Origin: Octopus bimaculoides
Taxonomy: Eukaryota
Assembly: GCF_001194135.2 (NCBI RefSeq)
Contig: NC_069003.1
Location: forward strand, 21,801,946-21,865,896
Length of the DNA stretch: 63,951 bases
Direction of reading: 5' to 3'
Made by a program: the position numbers and the translations under genes. This document shows, in pieces, positions 36,176 to 49,319 of the stretch; within the stretch, counting starts at the first letter, position 1, and each line of letters opens with the position of its first letter. Under the pieces are notes generated by a model that saw only the letters and a list, made by a program, of their open reading frames with translations, did not search any database and was not told where the DNA came from.

Positions 36176-36696
36176 CATGGTCATCATCATCACCATCATT
36201 GTCATCGTTATTGTCATTGCCATCATCATCACCACCACCCCCACCACCACCACCACCACCACCACCGTGACATAATGTTGTACCCAATATATAATGTGCA
36301 TAATAGATTTGTCATACTTGTAATCATTACCCAAATCCACCCCCACTCCACTCCATCATCATCTTGTCTGCAATTTCTCAAATCCAACATGACCACTCCC
36401 TACTGAATCTTTCTCTGTGCTTCTCCACNNNNNNNNNNNNNNNNNNNNNNNNNNNNNNNNNNNNNNNNNNNNNNNNNNNNNNNNNNNNNNNNNNNNNNNN
36501 NNNNNNNNNGTGTAAATACACATGCACTCATACAAATTGATGAATAAATACAGACACATGTATACACACAACACACACATATACATATTACATATACACA
36601 CTGACATACAGACACTAGCACAAGGACACAGACATATGAGATACATACATACATACATATGTATATATGTATATATGTATATATATATATATATAT

Positions 36697-36727
<31 letters not shown>

Positions 36728-36844
36728 CATACATACATACATACACACACTCACATATATTTCCACACACACTCAAATACACACACACATTGGTATGCAA
36801 ACATAATCACACACATATCTACACACACACAAATATATATATAT

Positions 36845-36883
<39 letters not shown>

Positions 36884-37639
36884 ACGTATATATAGTCACC
36901 CTTCACACATATACATATACACATTCTAATTGTCCCATCACACATCAGACAAGTTTAACTAAAATGACATTTCATAAATGTTTACTACATACAAATGACT
37001 TTTTAGCCAAATTTTTGTTTAAAACTTTCTTCTTCTTCTCTCTTTCTGCTTTCCCTTCTTCTTTTTCCTCTTCCCTCTTTACATTTTCCTCTCCAACCCT
37101 GCTCCTGCTGTCATATATTTTCTTCACAACATGTTTAAAAAGGTTTTTGGGACTTTCATTGTTTCAAAACCAATTTGTTTTTTATGAGTCAAGGAAGAAG
37201 CCTCTACATGGTCATATCTGTTCGAGCAGCTAGAAACAACAGCCGAAATAATCTTCAAATAATACCTTATAATGTTGAAAAAAAACAAAAAACAATTCAA
37301 TGGCACACTTGATAATATAATTCAAGGTGGACTATACCTGAAAAAGGAAGACAAGGTTAGTATGACAGGATTGCTTTTTGAGCAAAGATCTGCTTGATTA
37401 GGGATGAACTGAGGTCAAACAACAACAAACATTGCCTCTCACCCCTTCTTTAATAGTGTATGTCAGATGTTCACAATATGGACAGTACTACCCCCCAATG
37501 GTGTGCTGGCCATGTTGAAGGGAGCATTAGGTTTTAGAAAGCAGTGAGGAAACATAATTAACATATTCAATTTTACCTCTAGAAGTATAGTGAGAGATTA
37601 TCAAGGAGGGGTTTTTTACTGTGTAAACAAGTGCTGATC

Positions 37640-38025
37640 TCTAACTGTGGAGGGAATTTGTGGAAGAGGTAGACCCAGAGACATATGGGATGAGGTGCTG
37701 AGATATGATCTTCAGATGTTGAGTCTCATGGAGGTGATGACGAGTGACTGAGACTTTTGGCAATTTGCTGTCCTTAAGAAGACAAGTCAAGCTAAGTGAA
37801 ATCATAGTCAAGGCCAGTGCTGGTGACTCATGAAAAGCACCCATGCCAGTGACAAGTAAAAGGCCCTCAGTACACTTTGTGGAGTGGATGGCATTAGGAA
37901 GGGCATCCAAACATAGAAATCAAACCAAAGCAGACTGGAGCCTGGCGCAGCTCTCAAGCTTACCAGTTCCAGTCAAACCGTCTAACCCATGCCAGCATGG
38001 AAAATGGATGCTAAATGATGATGAT
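37640..38025 (+). mobile_element. RTE LINE 3' end plus family-B tail
   Basis: LTVEGICGRGRPRDIWDEVLRYDLQMLSLMEVMTSD*DFWQFAVLKKT*, then GGAAGGGCATCC and (GAT)n. Confidence 0.85.
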
Positions 38026-38044
38026 GAAGCTTACACAGAATAGA

Positions 38045-38696
38045 AAACGATGATAGCAATCTAATATTAGATCCGGATGTAGAGTGCGATTGTTCGCAGA
38101 CACTGAAAGAAAACTTAATGATAAGATTTAAAGATTTTACTGATTTTAAAGTACCTGATTAAGTCATAAATCCATTTCTTTCTGATGTCTCTTCTGCTCA
38201 ACCAAGTTTACATGAAGAAATTATTGACTGACAAAATTCAAGTAGATATCCAACAGCTTGGTTATGAATCATTCTGGCCCAAAATACAAAGCGAGTAGTC
38301 TCAACTTTGGCAAGAAATTAAATTACTGTTCATTGCTTTCCCTTCTTCGTGTTTAGCAGAGAAAGGATTCAGTGCAGTACCAAAATTGCTGAATAAGCAA
38401 CAAAATAAATTTGCAATAAGTCAAAGAGAAGACTTATAATTTTTTTTTCACTAACTTTGAACTTGATATAAAATATTTAGCCAGATCTCATTAGACAGAC
38501 GGAAGTCATCAACTTGCAATGTATAAGTAAATTTACAATTTCTGTCTTAATTTTTTATCATTTCTTTGTTAAAAGCTTATATAATCCATTTTTAAGGTAA
38601 TTTAGTCATGATACCTCACTCACCTCTCAGGTGAGCACTAGACATAATAACTACTTAAAAGTGGAAGTGTTACAAAAAAATGGCTAAGAACCACTG
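38045..38696 (+). pseudogene. hAT (Charlie/Buster-type) transposase C-terminal relic with 3' TIR
   Basis: RFKDF...VINPF...LLFIAFPSSCLAEKGFSAV.KLLNKQQNKF...DL...TNFELDI (hAT dimerisation domain). TIR GGCTAAGAACCACTG ends at 38696. Confidence 0.8.
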
Positions 38697-38834
38697 GTGT
38701 ATGTCATTATTTTATGGATGATGATCATGTTAGTAGTAGTGGTATTGGTGGTGGTGGTGGTGGGGTTGTGGCAGTTGTTGGTATTGTTGCTATGATGGTG
38801 GGAGTCGTGGTGATGATGATGTGATACACACACA

Positions 38835-38945
38835 CAGCAGGCTTCCACACAATTTCCATCAGCCAAATCCACTAACAAGGCTTTGGTCTGTCTGGGGCGT
38901 TAGTAGAAAATACTTGCTCCAAGGTGCCATGCAGACTGAACCTGA
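38835..38945 (-). mobile_element. Family-A left monomer fragment
   Basis: CAGGCTTCCACACAATTTCCATCAGCCAAATCCACTAACAAGGCTTTGGTC. Confidence 0.65.
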
Positions 38946-39013
38946 AAATATATTTCTTTTTATCTCTTAGTTAAGAGTCAGGAGTGAAAAGCAGTGCATA
39001 TGACCCAGGCTAC

Positions 39014-39180
39014 AAGCTGGCAGAATCATTAGCATGCCGGGCGAAATGCTTACTGGTATTTTGTCAGTCATTAGATTCTGAGTTCAAATTCTGCTGCGAT
39101 CGACTTAGCCTTACATCCTTTCAGAGTCAATAAAATAAGTACCAGTGAAGCACTGGGGTCAATGTAATCAACTTGACTAC
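39014..39180 (+). mobile_element. Family-D SINE
   Basis: AAGCTGGCAGAATCATTAGC...GAGTTCAAATTC...GATAAAATAAGTACCAG-like domain. Confidence 0.82.
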
Positions 39181-40369
39181 TCCTAGGGAATGAGTATATG
39201 AAAAAAGATAAAACTGCATCCCTCTGCCAAGCCATGTTGAGGCAGTGTGGCTGAGTAGGCTCATCAAACCAGTATGATCTCAAGCTCCAATGGGGAGAGA
39301 ACATGCTGAGGACTTTATCCAGCAGTGGACTGAACATAGGCAATCCAATCCAATCCATGACCCTTTATAGAACGCCCGAGACCAAAAGAGGGTAAAGGGT
39401 GGAAGCTATCCTCAAACTGGAGATCTAATCCAAATGCTTACCCCAGAGTGGACTCTTCTAAAGGTACCCAAGGGTACCAGATCTTGGTGTTAAACCAGGC
39501 AATGGATTAAGACCACCACCTAGGTGGGCCATGGCAAGATTTGAACTCAGAATGCAAAGAACCACAACAAATACCACAAGGCATCTTGCCTGCTGTTCTA
39601 ACAGTTTCACCAATCAACTACTTTGGATGGGTACTTTATTTTATTGATATCCCAAAAAGAGGAAAAGCAAAACTGACCTTAGCTGGATTTGAACTCAGAA
39701 TGTGAAGAGTCACAACAAATACCACAAAGCTTTTCAATCTAACATTCTTGTTTCTTTTTCTTTTTTTTCAGGCATAGTCTACCTTGGATTACATGATCAA
39801 GTGTGTTTTTGAATTACTTTTTTGCTGATTAGCCCAATAAAATATTGTTTGAGGAATATTTGGTTGCTATTTCTAGGTGATCAAACAGTCTCAAACATGT
39901 AATGGCTCCCTCCTTGATTTGAAGGAAAAAAGGAGGGAAAAAATGTTTTTTTTTAATCAATGGATTAACAATGTCCATTGTTTTAAATAGCTTTACTAAT
40001 CATCTACCATGGTTTGATAATCTAATTTAAAGACCCCACCAAAAGGATGAAATGTAAAGTTGATCTTAGCAGGATTTGAACTCAGAGAACAAAACACTGT
40101 TAATTATCCAGATATTTTATCTTACTCAGGTCTATCATGATCCCTGGGACTCATAAGATCAAGTTAAAGCCAGTTGCCATAACGTTTAACTGAGATTACA
40201 ATAAAGTAATGAGTGAGGATATTCAGATGCTGGGGTTTGGGGAGGAGATGACAAACGACCAAGACTCGAGAAGACATGCAAACCATACATACAAGTATGA
40301 GCCCTCTATGACCTTTTCTCAGCTGAAAGGCCCTTCTTTTGAGGGCTTGCAGGTGCTGCTGTCTTGTAA

Positions 40370-40660
40370 AAAGCACTTGTGCTGGTGTCATGTAAATGCA
40401 TCCAGTGTCATGTAAAAGGGCCTGTGCAGGTGCCACATAAAAGTGCTCATGCCAGCATCATGTAAAAAGCACCCAGTACACTCTGTGAAGTGGCTGGCAT
40501 TAGGAGGGACATCCAGCCATAGAAACCATACCAGAACAGACATACCAGAAACCATACCAGAACAGAAGAGACATGGAACTTGGGCAGCTGCTGAGTTGGC
40601 CAGTTCCTGTCAAACCATTCAGCCCATACCAGCATGGAAAGCGGATGTTAGATAACGATG
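40370..40660 (+). mobile_element. Family-B tail copy
   Basis: GGTGCCACATAAAAGTGC modules, GGAGGGACATCCAGCC and GATGTTAGATAAC(GAT)n. Confidence 0.75.
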
Positions 40661-40691
40661 ATGATGATGATGACAATGATAACGATGATGG

Positions 40692-40727
<36 letters not shown>

Positions 40728-40759
40728 CACTGGCTCTGCTTGAATGGTACACAGGTCTG

Positions 40760-40925
40760 TTGCAGAATAGTTAACTTCCCAGTTATAGCTGGGTGAACTG
40801 GAGCAATGTGAAATGAAGTGTTTTGCTCAAGAACACAACATACCACCCAGTTCAGGAATTGAAACGTCGACCTTAGGAATCTTACGATTCGCCAATGCAG
40901 AACCTTAACCACTAGACCATGTGCT
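40760..40925 (-). mobile_element. tRNA-derived SINE (family E)
   Basis: Homologous to 25255-25375. Confidence 0.7.
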
Positions 40926-41554
40926 TTCACAGTTTTGTTAGGGTAGGGCAAAAAAAAAATTTTAATGGAGTGGGGATAAATTTTTTACTCTGTAAAAGCA
41001 AAAAAGTACCACAGGGTAAAACTGAAATAGAAAATCTTGGGAGTCCCCTAACATAAGGGGTCATTTCATTTGATGCTGATTGTAGAATTTAGATCTTGAG
41101 TTTTTCCAAATAGCAGCTGCTTTGAGACTAAATAACAACCACAATGCAAGGGTTAAGACCTGTAACCTTATTTTCTCAATCTCTCTTCCTGCTGCTAAAA
41201 TGTTTATAATTACAATAACTCATCGTCTTTCAACGATATTTAAGAGTCTATCATAATCGGGAGAATAAATACGGAAAGGTCATGCATATGTAATGAGGTG
41301 ATTTGGATGACAGCCAATGGAATAACTTTCTTTTTCTTGTTTAACTCAGTTGCTCCTACATCTGTGATTGTTGACTATTATCAGTGCCAAAGAGAGAGGA
41401 GTCTTGTGGTCAATGAAGAATGCAAAAAATAGAAACCAAATCATCCTCAAAAATACATCCCCTACAAGGAAATGTTAATACAACACAATGTTTACTGTAA
41501 GAAAAAGGAAAAAGATAGATGGAATGGTCAATCATCATCAATCATCATCATCAA

Positions 41555-41690
41555 CATTTAATGTCCATTTTCCATGCTGGCATGTGTTGGACGGCTTGAC
41601 ATGAACTGGCAAGGCCAGGGGATGCACCAGGTTCCATAGTCTGTTTGGCATGGTTTCTCTGGCTGGATGCCTTTCCTAATGCTCCCCTCT
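41555..41690 (-). mobile_element. Family-B tail copy
   Basis: TTTAATGTCCATTTTCCATGCTGGCATG...GGATGCCTTTCCTAATGC. Confidence 0.75.
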
Positions 41691-42139
41691 TCAATTGGAG
41701 CTAAACAACAACAGCCATAGTAGCAGTCACCATCATCATCAACCACTGCTGCCACTACTATTGCTGCTGCTACTGTCACTACCACTACTACTACTACTAC
41801 TGCTACCTCCACCACCACCGTCACTACAACCACAACAACCACCACCACCACCGCTGCTGCTACTACTACTACTACTGCTGCTACCACCACCACCACCACC
41901 ACTACTACTGCTGCTACTACTACTACTACTACTACTGCTGCTACCACCACCACCCCACCATTACTACCACTGCTGCTACTACTCCTTTCAATAATTCAGT
42001 CTGAAAAAGAAACAGAATGTCATAGATAGCACGCCTTTGGTCACAAGAATGGGAGTGCTGGTTCAATACCAGCCTGGGTCTGAAGAATATTACCACAAGC
42101 TATCAAGAAAGTCACAACAACATCAACATCACCATCAAC

Positions 42140-42557
42140 ACAGTGTTGTTGGTCATGGTTATGGTGTTGGTGGTGGCAGTGTCATTGGTCTTGGTGGATT
42201 TAATGACAGTACTCGTGATTGTGGCAGTGGTATTGGAACCAAACCTGGTGATGGTAGTGGTATTGGTGTTAGTGAGGATGATGAACCATCATCACCACCA
42301 TCACTATTAACACCAAGACTACCACTGCCATCACTACCATTACCAGCACCATACACTACCACCACCATTACCAACACCTTCATCCTCACTAACACCAATA
42401 TGACTACCATCACCATGTTTGATTCCAGTGCCACTACCACCACCACTGCTACTGCCACAATCATGAGCGCCACCACAATTACAAGTGCTGCCACTAAATC
42501 CACTAAGACCAATGACACTGCCACCACCAACACCATAACTATGACCAACAACACTGT
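42140..42557. repeat. Long inverted repeat (arms 42140-42284 and 42380-42557)
   Basis: Both strands translate to near-identical SVVGH(G/S)YGVGGGSVIGL...GVSED. Confidence 0.85.
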
Positions 42558-42944
42558 AGCAAACAAGAACCAACCAGAATAACTCCACCAACATCAGCAG
42601 CACTACCACCACCAAAAACAATGACATCTTCACAACCAACAATAACAACTCCATCTCCAACATCCATTACCATCATTGCAATCAACACCACCACTATCAA
42701 CACTATGCCATCAAGAACATCACATCATCACTGACAACCCCAAAAACCAATAACAACAACTCCCCTAACATCCACCACCATCACCAAATTAGATTTTACC
42801 AATTTTGCATAATCTACTGAGTTTCCATTAAACAAGATGTAATTATTCTGCTAAATTAACTCAGCTTCCACACTCAACTTATGTTTGGAAACTGAAGGAT
42901 CTCACACCAGTTTTTTTTTTTTAGTATGATGTTTGGGAGTGAAG

Positions 42945-43080
42945 GTAATGAGCTGACAGAATCGTTAGCACGTTATGCAAAATGTTTAGTGGCATTTTGT
43001 CCATCTTTACATTCTGAGTTCAAATTCCACCAAGGTTGACTTTGCCTTTCATCCTTTGGGGGTTGATAAAATAAGTACCA
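42945..43080 (+). mobile_element. Family-D SINE truncated at the Helitron 5' end
   Basis: Stops mid-domain at AAGTACCA|TCTATATAT. Confidence 0.8.
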
Positions 43081-43303
43081 TCTATATATCATCTATATAT
43101 TAGTACGCTTGTACCATCGGTGTTTGTCATGCTATGGGAGATAAGTTAGGATTAAATTTGAATTATTTCCCTTGGCTTTGTGAAAAGAAGAAAATGATGA
43201 TATATTATCTATATATAATATAGGAAAGTGCTGTAACAGATATATTTCACATATACTTCCACACAATAACTTTATACTTATTTTATTAATGAATATCTCT
43301 CTT

Positions 43304-43365
<62 letters not shown>

Positions 43366-46300
43366 TTTCTTTCTATCTATCTATCATATGAAATATACCT
43401 GACATATTCTACAGATCTACACAAACTACCTGGGCCCGTGAAAACTTCATGGAAAACATAAAAAATGTAAACATCTTTAAATGGTGACCATATTTAACTA
43501 TTGAATAATTTTTATTATTTTTGTGTTATACTACAAATAGTCATACATTTTCATATAATATAATTTTATGTTTTCAATTCGTCAGTTCATAGACTGCACA
43601 TTGCACAATGCTCACTTCCACATCCACAGGAGGTGTGATCTTTGAGGTCCTTTTTGTTTGTTTTTCACTGGATACATAAATATGATACATCTGAATTAAT
43701 TCATCATAATTATTGAGAATATTGAATAATAAACAAAAACTTACATAACATTCCCAGATTTTTTTCATCAGGACACAATTTGCATTACAGCCTATGAAAA
43801 TTAAAAATGGTGGGATGCGACTGTAGACTTCCACAAGTAAAGATTTGTCACAGAAGCATGTAGTGTAGCTAAAGCTATTTTAATATTGAATTATACTCCT
43901 GAAGGAATTCATTGTAGTATAGTTACAACTGATTACATATAATTCACTTTAGCATTCTATATATTAATATGCTTCTACCGTCGGTGTTTGTCACACTAAG
44001 GAAGCTGTTTTCATATATCACTTACACATTCAATCATTCTTAAAAATGGAAGAGAGAATAAGTCAACAAAGAGCGACAGCAAAAGAGTGACAGAGAAGAC
44101 AATGACAATGGTTACCAGCAGAAGAGAGGCAAGCAATCCATAACTGCATTCGGGAACAAATGCAAGAAAGGAGGGATAACATGAAGCAAGAGGAGAAAGA
44201 TCTTTATCTTCAGAATGGAAGAAACAGAGATGAAGAGAGAAGAAATAACATGAATCCCGAGGAGAGAGAAGCTTATCTACAGAATATGAGAAACAGAGTT
44301 CAACAGCAAAGAAATGCCATAAAGGAAGATCAAACTTTAGGATTCCATATTGGAGATATGAATGTGATTTGTCGATACTGTGGAGCTCTAAGATTCTCAA
44401 GAGAGATCCTGAATTGTTGTCACAAAGGAAAAGTATTAATTCCTGCTTTAGAAGAAAATCCTGGTAATCTTAAGCAATTATTTGATATAAATAATCACGA
44501 AGGATCTAATTTTAGGAACAACATAAGAAGAAAATATAATTCTGCCTTTGCTTCTGCTTCTTTTGGTGCTAATATCAAACCTCCACCAGGACCCGGCCCT
44601 TATTGCTTCCGATTACAAGGTCAAATATATCATTACACCAGCAACCTGCATCCAAATGAAACTAAATAGAGAGGATATGGTCAGCTCTACATCATTGAAA
44701 CAAATGAAGCAATCCATACCCGAGCCAATGCTAATGAAAATGCCAATTACTTATCATTGGTATTTGAACGAATATCGGTTGCAATGAATGATAATCCCTA
44801 TGCAGCAGCATACAATAATATGAGAACTCTTGAAATGCAAGAGCAAGAAAGAGTGGCAAAAGAAAATATTCCTTCTAGAAAAGTAACCATGCACTTCATC
44901 CCAGGTCTTGATGCAAGAAGATGCAATAATCCAACAAACAATGAGATTGCAGCAATTTTTGTTGTTGAAGATGGAGTGCTGCTCATACATCGTGATATTG
45001 TTGTATATCCTATAGGGCAACATAGAGAATATCATACATTTCTTGGCATTTAGACTCCATGGTTTATCCTCTTCTTTGTCCAAATGGCAAACAAGGATGG
45101 CATGTCAACAGTGAACAAATTAATGATCGTGAATACTATAAAATAAAACAATATATTTCATGCAGGTACAATCTCCACCTAAAGCATATTGGTGATTATC
45201 GGAATTCAAAATGCATGGGCAGTCCCACACAGTATACCGTTTGGCTCTACATTTACCTGATGAACAAGATATTGCATTTTGGTGGCAGATGGCAGAGCTA
45301 GTATTTGGAGAAGAAGGGGTGAATGTCATGCTGATGGTTGTGTGGTGGAGAGAGACTCATGGGGAGGACAGAGCATCATGGTATGTACTCAATCAGAAAC
45401 TTGGACCAGTGGTCTTCCAAAACATCAGCCAAGGCAAGCAGCTGCACGAGCACAAGAGCATGACACACATTTAACCACTTGGTTCAAGCTAAATCAACCT
45501 GAAGAGAATGCTAGAAATCTTTACTGTGATATCCTATGTGTTTCACAAGCAGACTACAAAGTAGACACGGTGAATGCACTTCCATAATATTGTAATCAGA
45601 ATGTAATCAGCAAGTCCACGTAATGCAGACAAATTTTATTTGAGGACGCTACTCCTGCACATCCCTAGCGCAGCTTCTTTCAATCATTTAAGAACTGATG
45701 AAGGTGAAGAATTTGAAACTTTCAAAGGGGTGTGTATTACATTGAGACTTCTTGATAATGATAATTAACTACAAGACACTTTGACAGAAGCAGCAACATA
45801 TCAAATGCCACGGCAGCTTCTAGACATGTTTGCTATGATTTGCCTGTTTAATCAACCCGTCAATGCTTTGCAACAATGGAATGAAAACATTGCTAAGAAA
45901 TGACAACACTACTGCTGAAAATATTGCTCTTCATTTGGTGGAGGCCATATTTGAGGAAAATGACATGCATTTTAGCATGGCCTTCCTGAACTAGTTGGAA
46001 AGCTCCCTAGAAATGAAAATAATACAGAACAACGAATTGTAAATCCAAATTTATTGAACATTGAACAAAGAGAAGTATTTAATTGAGTGATCAATGCTGT
46101 ATTTTCAGTTAAGAGAGGAGAAGAAATTAATAATAGATTATTTTATTTGGACATACCAGGAGGGCCAGGAAAAACTTTTTTGTTCAATATGATTTACGAT
46201 CACCTTACTGCTGACAATATAACAGTAAGTACATCTGCCTGGATCGGCATTGCTGCAACACCCTTGAAAGGTGGTAAAACTTTTCACAGTATATTCAAGC

Positions 46301-47410
46301 TTCCATTTCCTTTGTGTGAAACAAGTGTGTGCCATGTTCCACCAAATTCTATTCAAAGAAACATTCTTAGGCAAGTAAAAGTCTTCATTATTGACGAAGC
46401 TTCAATGATATCAGTTTATGCTTTGAAAGCTATAGATAATTGTTTAAGAGATATTATGAATAGTAATAGTATATTTGGTGAGAAAACTATCATGCTAGGA
46501 GGAGATTTTAGACAAGTTCTTACAGTTGTTCCCAGAGCTCCTCCTGCAGCTGTACTTGATGCCTGCCTCAAACACTCTTCTATGTGGGATAATTTTCATC
46601 AAATGCAACTTACACAAAACATGTGAACTAATGCAAATGAACAAGATTTTCCGAAGTGGCTACTACAACTTGGAAGTGGATTTCTTCAAAGCTCTATTGA
46701 TAATCTTGCAGAAGATACTATTGATATTCCTGAGGCATGCATATATAACAATTCTTTGGTATCTGATATATTGTACAGCAGAAGAAATGAAAAATATCCC
46801 CTAAAAATTCAGACTGCTTAGCAGTAAATGAAGAAATTCTAAGTAGATTGCCCTCTGAAACTAACGCATACCTAAGCATCAACTCAGTAACTTCTGATAA
46901 AGAAGAAGAAGCCCAGCATTATGGCATGGAGTTTATAAACTCTCTTACACCTTCTGGAATGCCTCCCCATCACCTTAACTCAAAAGTTGGAGCAATTATT
47001 ATGCTTCTTAGAAACATCTCTGTAACACAAGGTCTAGTTGGAAGTATTTCAACTCCACAAGCATAGCACTGAAGCGTCAATTATAAGTGGATCTCATTCT
47101 CACACGAGAGTACTGATTCCAAGAATCAAACTTACTCCAAGCGATGCAAACGTTCCATCCATTCTGCATTGGACCGAGTTCCCAGTTTGTCTGTCCTATT
47201 TTATGACAATCAATAAAGCATAGGGGAAAACATTCAATAGAGTTGGCATACACTTGCCACAGCAATGCTTCACTCATGGCTAGCTTTTTTCAAGAGTAAG
47301 GGTGATGAACAGTGTGAGGGTTAAAGTGATACCTCAAAACGAATCCACTCATGGTCGCAGAAGGGGAATCACCTACACTAGAAAAATTGTAAAAAGGGAA
47401 GTGCTTATAT
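43081..47410 (+). mobile_element. Helitron, degraded, Rep core deleted, PIF1 helicase relic
   Basis: A|TCTATATAT 5' terminus. N-terminal CRYCGA...CCHKGKV, YNSAFAS, PYCFRLQGQIYH and YPLL.PNG.QGWH. Helicase motifs GGPGKTF, IIDEASM, GGDFRQVL, PSGMPPH.L and MTINKA. 3' hairpin/CTRR not found. Confidence 0.92.
45259..45385 (+). pseudogene. Tc1-type transposase fragment embedded in the Helitron
   Basis: DE(S)RYCILVADGRASIWRRRGECHADGCVVERDSWGGQSIMV. Confidence 0.75.
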
Positions 47411-47634
47411 TATTAATAAATATAACATAAGGGATAATAGAAGTTTTCATCAACCAGAATAGTACAAACTAAACAATTTTGATTAAATGATAACTATTAA
47501 TTGCGCGATATTTAAATTATCCATGAAATCTTTTTTATTGTTGTTGTTGGTGGTGGTGGTGGTATTGTTGGTGTTTCTGGTGGTGTTGGTGTTGTTGTTG
47601 TTATTATCATTATCATTGTTGTTGTTGTTGTTGG

Positions 47635-47671
<37 letters not shown>

Positions 47672-47689
47672 CGAAATCGAACTAAATTT

Positions 47690-47930
47690 GTAGACTGGCA
47701 CCCATGCCAACGTCTCTTCATTGAACACTAAACTTGGCTTGCGAAGACCTGTTGGGGCAAGCAAAAGCGAAATCGTGATGGCACCTGTACCAGTAGATCA
47801 CTAAGAGCACCGTTCGAGCGTGATCATTGCCAGATCACCAGCCGTCTGGCTTCCGTGCTGGGGGCACATAAATAGCACCATTTGAGCGTGATCGTTACCA
47901 ACGTCGCCTGAATGATTCCATATGACATTC
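47690..47930 (+). mobile_element. Family-B-related element, 5' part
   Basis: GCACCGTTCGAGCGTGATCATTGCCAG and GCACATAAATAGCACCATTTGAGCGTGATCGTTACC, as in 15236-15717. Confidence 0.7.
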
Positions 47931-47934
47931 AAAA

Positions 47935-48820
47935 GCCATCTTCACTCATCTCAGGCCTTTACCACCCTCATTTCTTCTTAGATAGATCCTGTCAACATCA
48001 CTGTTTCTGTAGAAACTCCCAGTTGTTTTGCTGGTTTTGATATCTATGGAGTGGATTTCCTCTACAGACCAATCAAGTGTCCCAAAAGTTGGGATCAGCA
48101 CTGGTACTAAAAATCCATTGCAAGATATTTTGTTGTAAGAAGAGAGTTCTGACTGCCATAGTTTCCCAAGTGTGGTGTAATACTCTCTATCTTTATTCAC
48201 AGTGCCTTCATATGATATATTTTCATCTATGCCTAGGTACTTGTAACATTCTTTGTGTGGAATGAGGGAGATAGAGAGAGACCATTGACACTCAGGTTTT
48301 GGGTTTGGGGGACTGAATTTCCTCATTCTATAACCGAATATGAACATTTCTTTTGGCCAAGTTCTTTGCCTACATCAGCTGAATATGTTGTTATTAATTC
48401 CAGCTGTTTTTTGGCATTGTTAACACTTTTAGCATAAATCTTCAGGTCGTCTACAAAGAAATTATGAGTTACATTGATATTTCTTGCAGTTGAAGATCCT
48501 AGCATGTAACCATTTGTTTTCTGCAGTAGGAACGATAATGGATTCAGTGCCAAAATGACAAGAAGTACACAAAGACTATCTCTCTAGAATATTCCCTTTG
48601 AAATGCCTATACTATCAGAAACAATTATTCTGTTCTCAGTTGTAACAGTAAGAATTGTTGTCCATGTCTTTGTGAGTCTCTCAATAGCAGCAATTAAGGT
48701 AGTAGGTACCTCTGCTAGATGTAGGCACTTCAACAGCCATGAATGAGGGATAGAGTCGAATGCCTTCTTATAGTCAAGCCATACTGCTACAAGGTTTCTT
48801 ATTTCTTTATTGCCCACAAG
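47935..48820 (-). pseudogene. R4/Dong-type (RLE) non-LTR RT relic
   Basis: VWLDYKKAFDSIPHSWL, KGIF.RDSL, HNFFVDDLKIYAK, YKYLGIDE and DVDRIYLRRNEGGKGL. Confidence 0.88.
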
Positions 48821-49025
48821 GGGCTAAACATAGAGGGGACAAACAAGGACAGACAAACAGATTAAGTCGATTACATCGACACCAGTGTGTAACTGGTACT
48901 TAATTTATCCATCCCGAAAGGATGAAAGGCAAAGTCGACTTCAGCAGAATTTGAACTCTGAACATAACAGCAGACGAAATACAGCTAAGCATTTCGCCCG
49001 GTGTGCTAACATTTCCGCCAGTTTG
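48820..49025 (-). mobile_element. Family-D SINE
   Basis: CCCGAAAGGATGAAAGGCAAAGTCGAC...GAATTTGAACTC. Confidence 0.85.
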
Positions 49026-49319
49026 CCACTTACTTCCACAATATTTCTACACTGTTTTCTTACTTTAGACAGTACAGCTTTGTTTATTAAAAGTTGTTTG
49101 GCACATTCCCACACTCCCTTCTTTCCACCAGCCAGTTTGTCTACAGTGACTCACAATGGTCCTGGAGGAACTGGTTGAGGCAGCTTGTGTACAGTTTGTA
49201 CATAGTGTTTAGGCAAGCAATGGCTTTGTAGTTTCCTGCCATCTCAGTGATTTCATTTTTGGCAACATGTGCATGTATGTGTATGTGTGTTTATGTGTGT
49301 TTATGTGTGTGTGTGTGTG

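Noticed and set aside
42037-42582. 181-aa Gly/Thr-rich mucin-like ORF
   Set aside because: Explained by the inverted repeat and (ACC)n low complexity. The opposite strand gives the same peptide.
47400-47520. Helitron 3' hairpin plus CTRR terminus
   Set aside because: No GC-rich hairpin followed by CTRR was found. The 3' end is probably lost.
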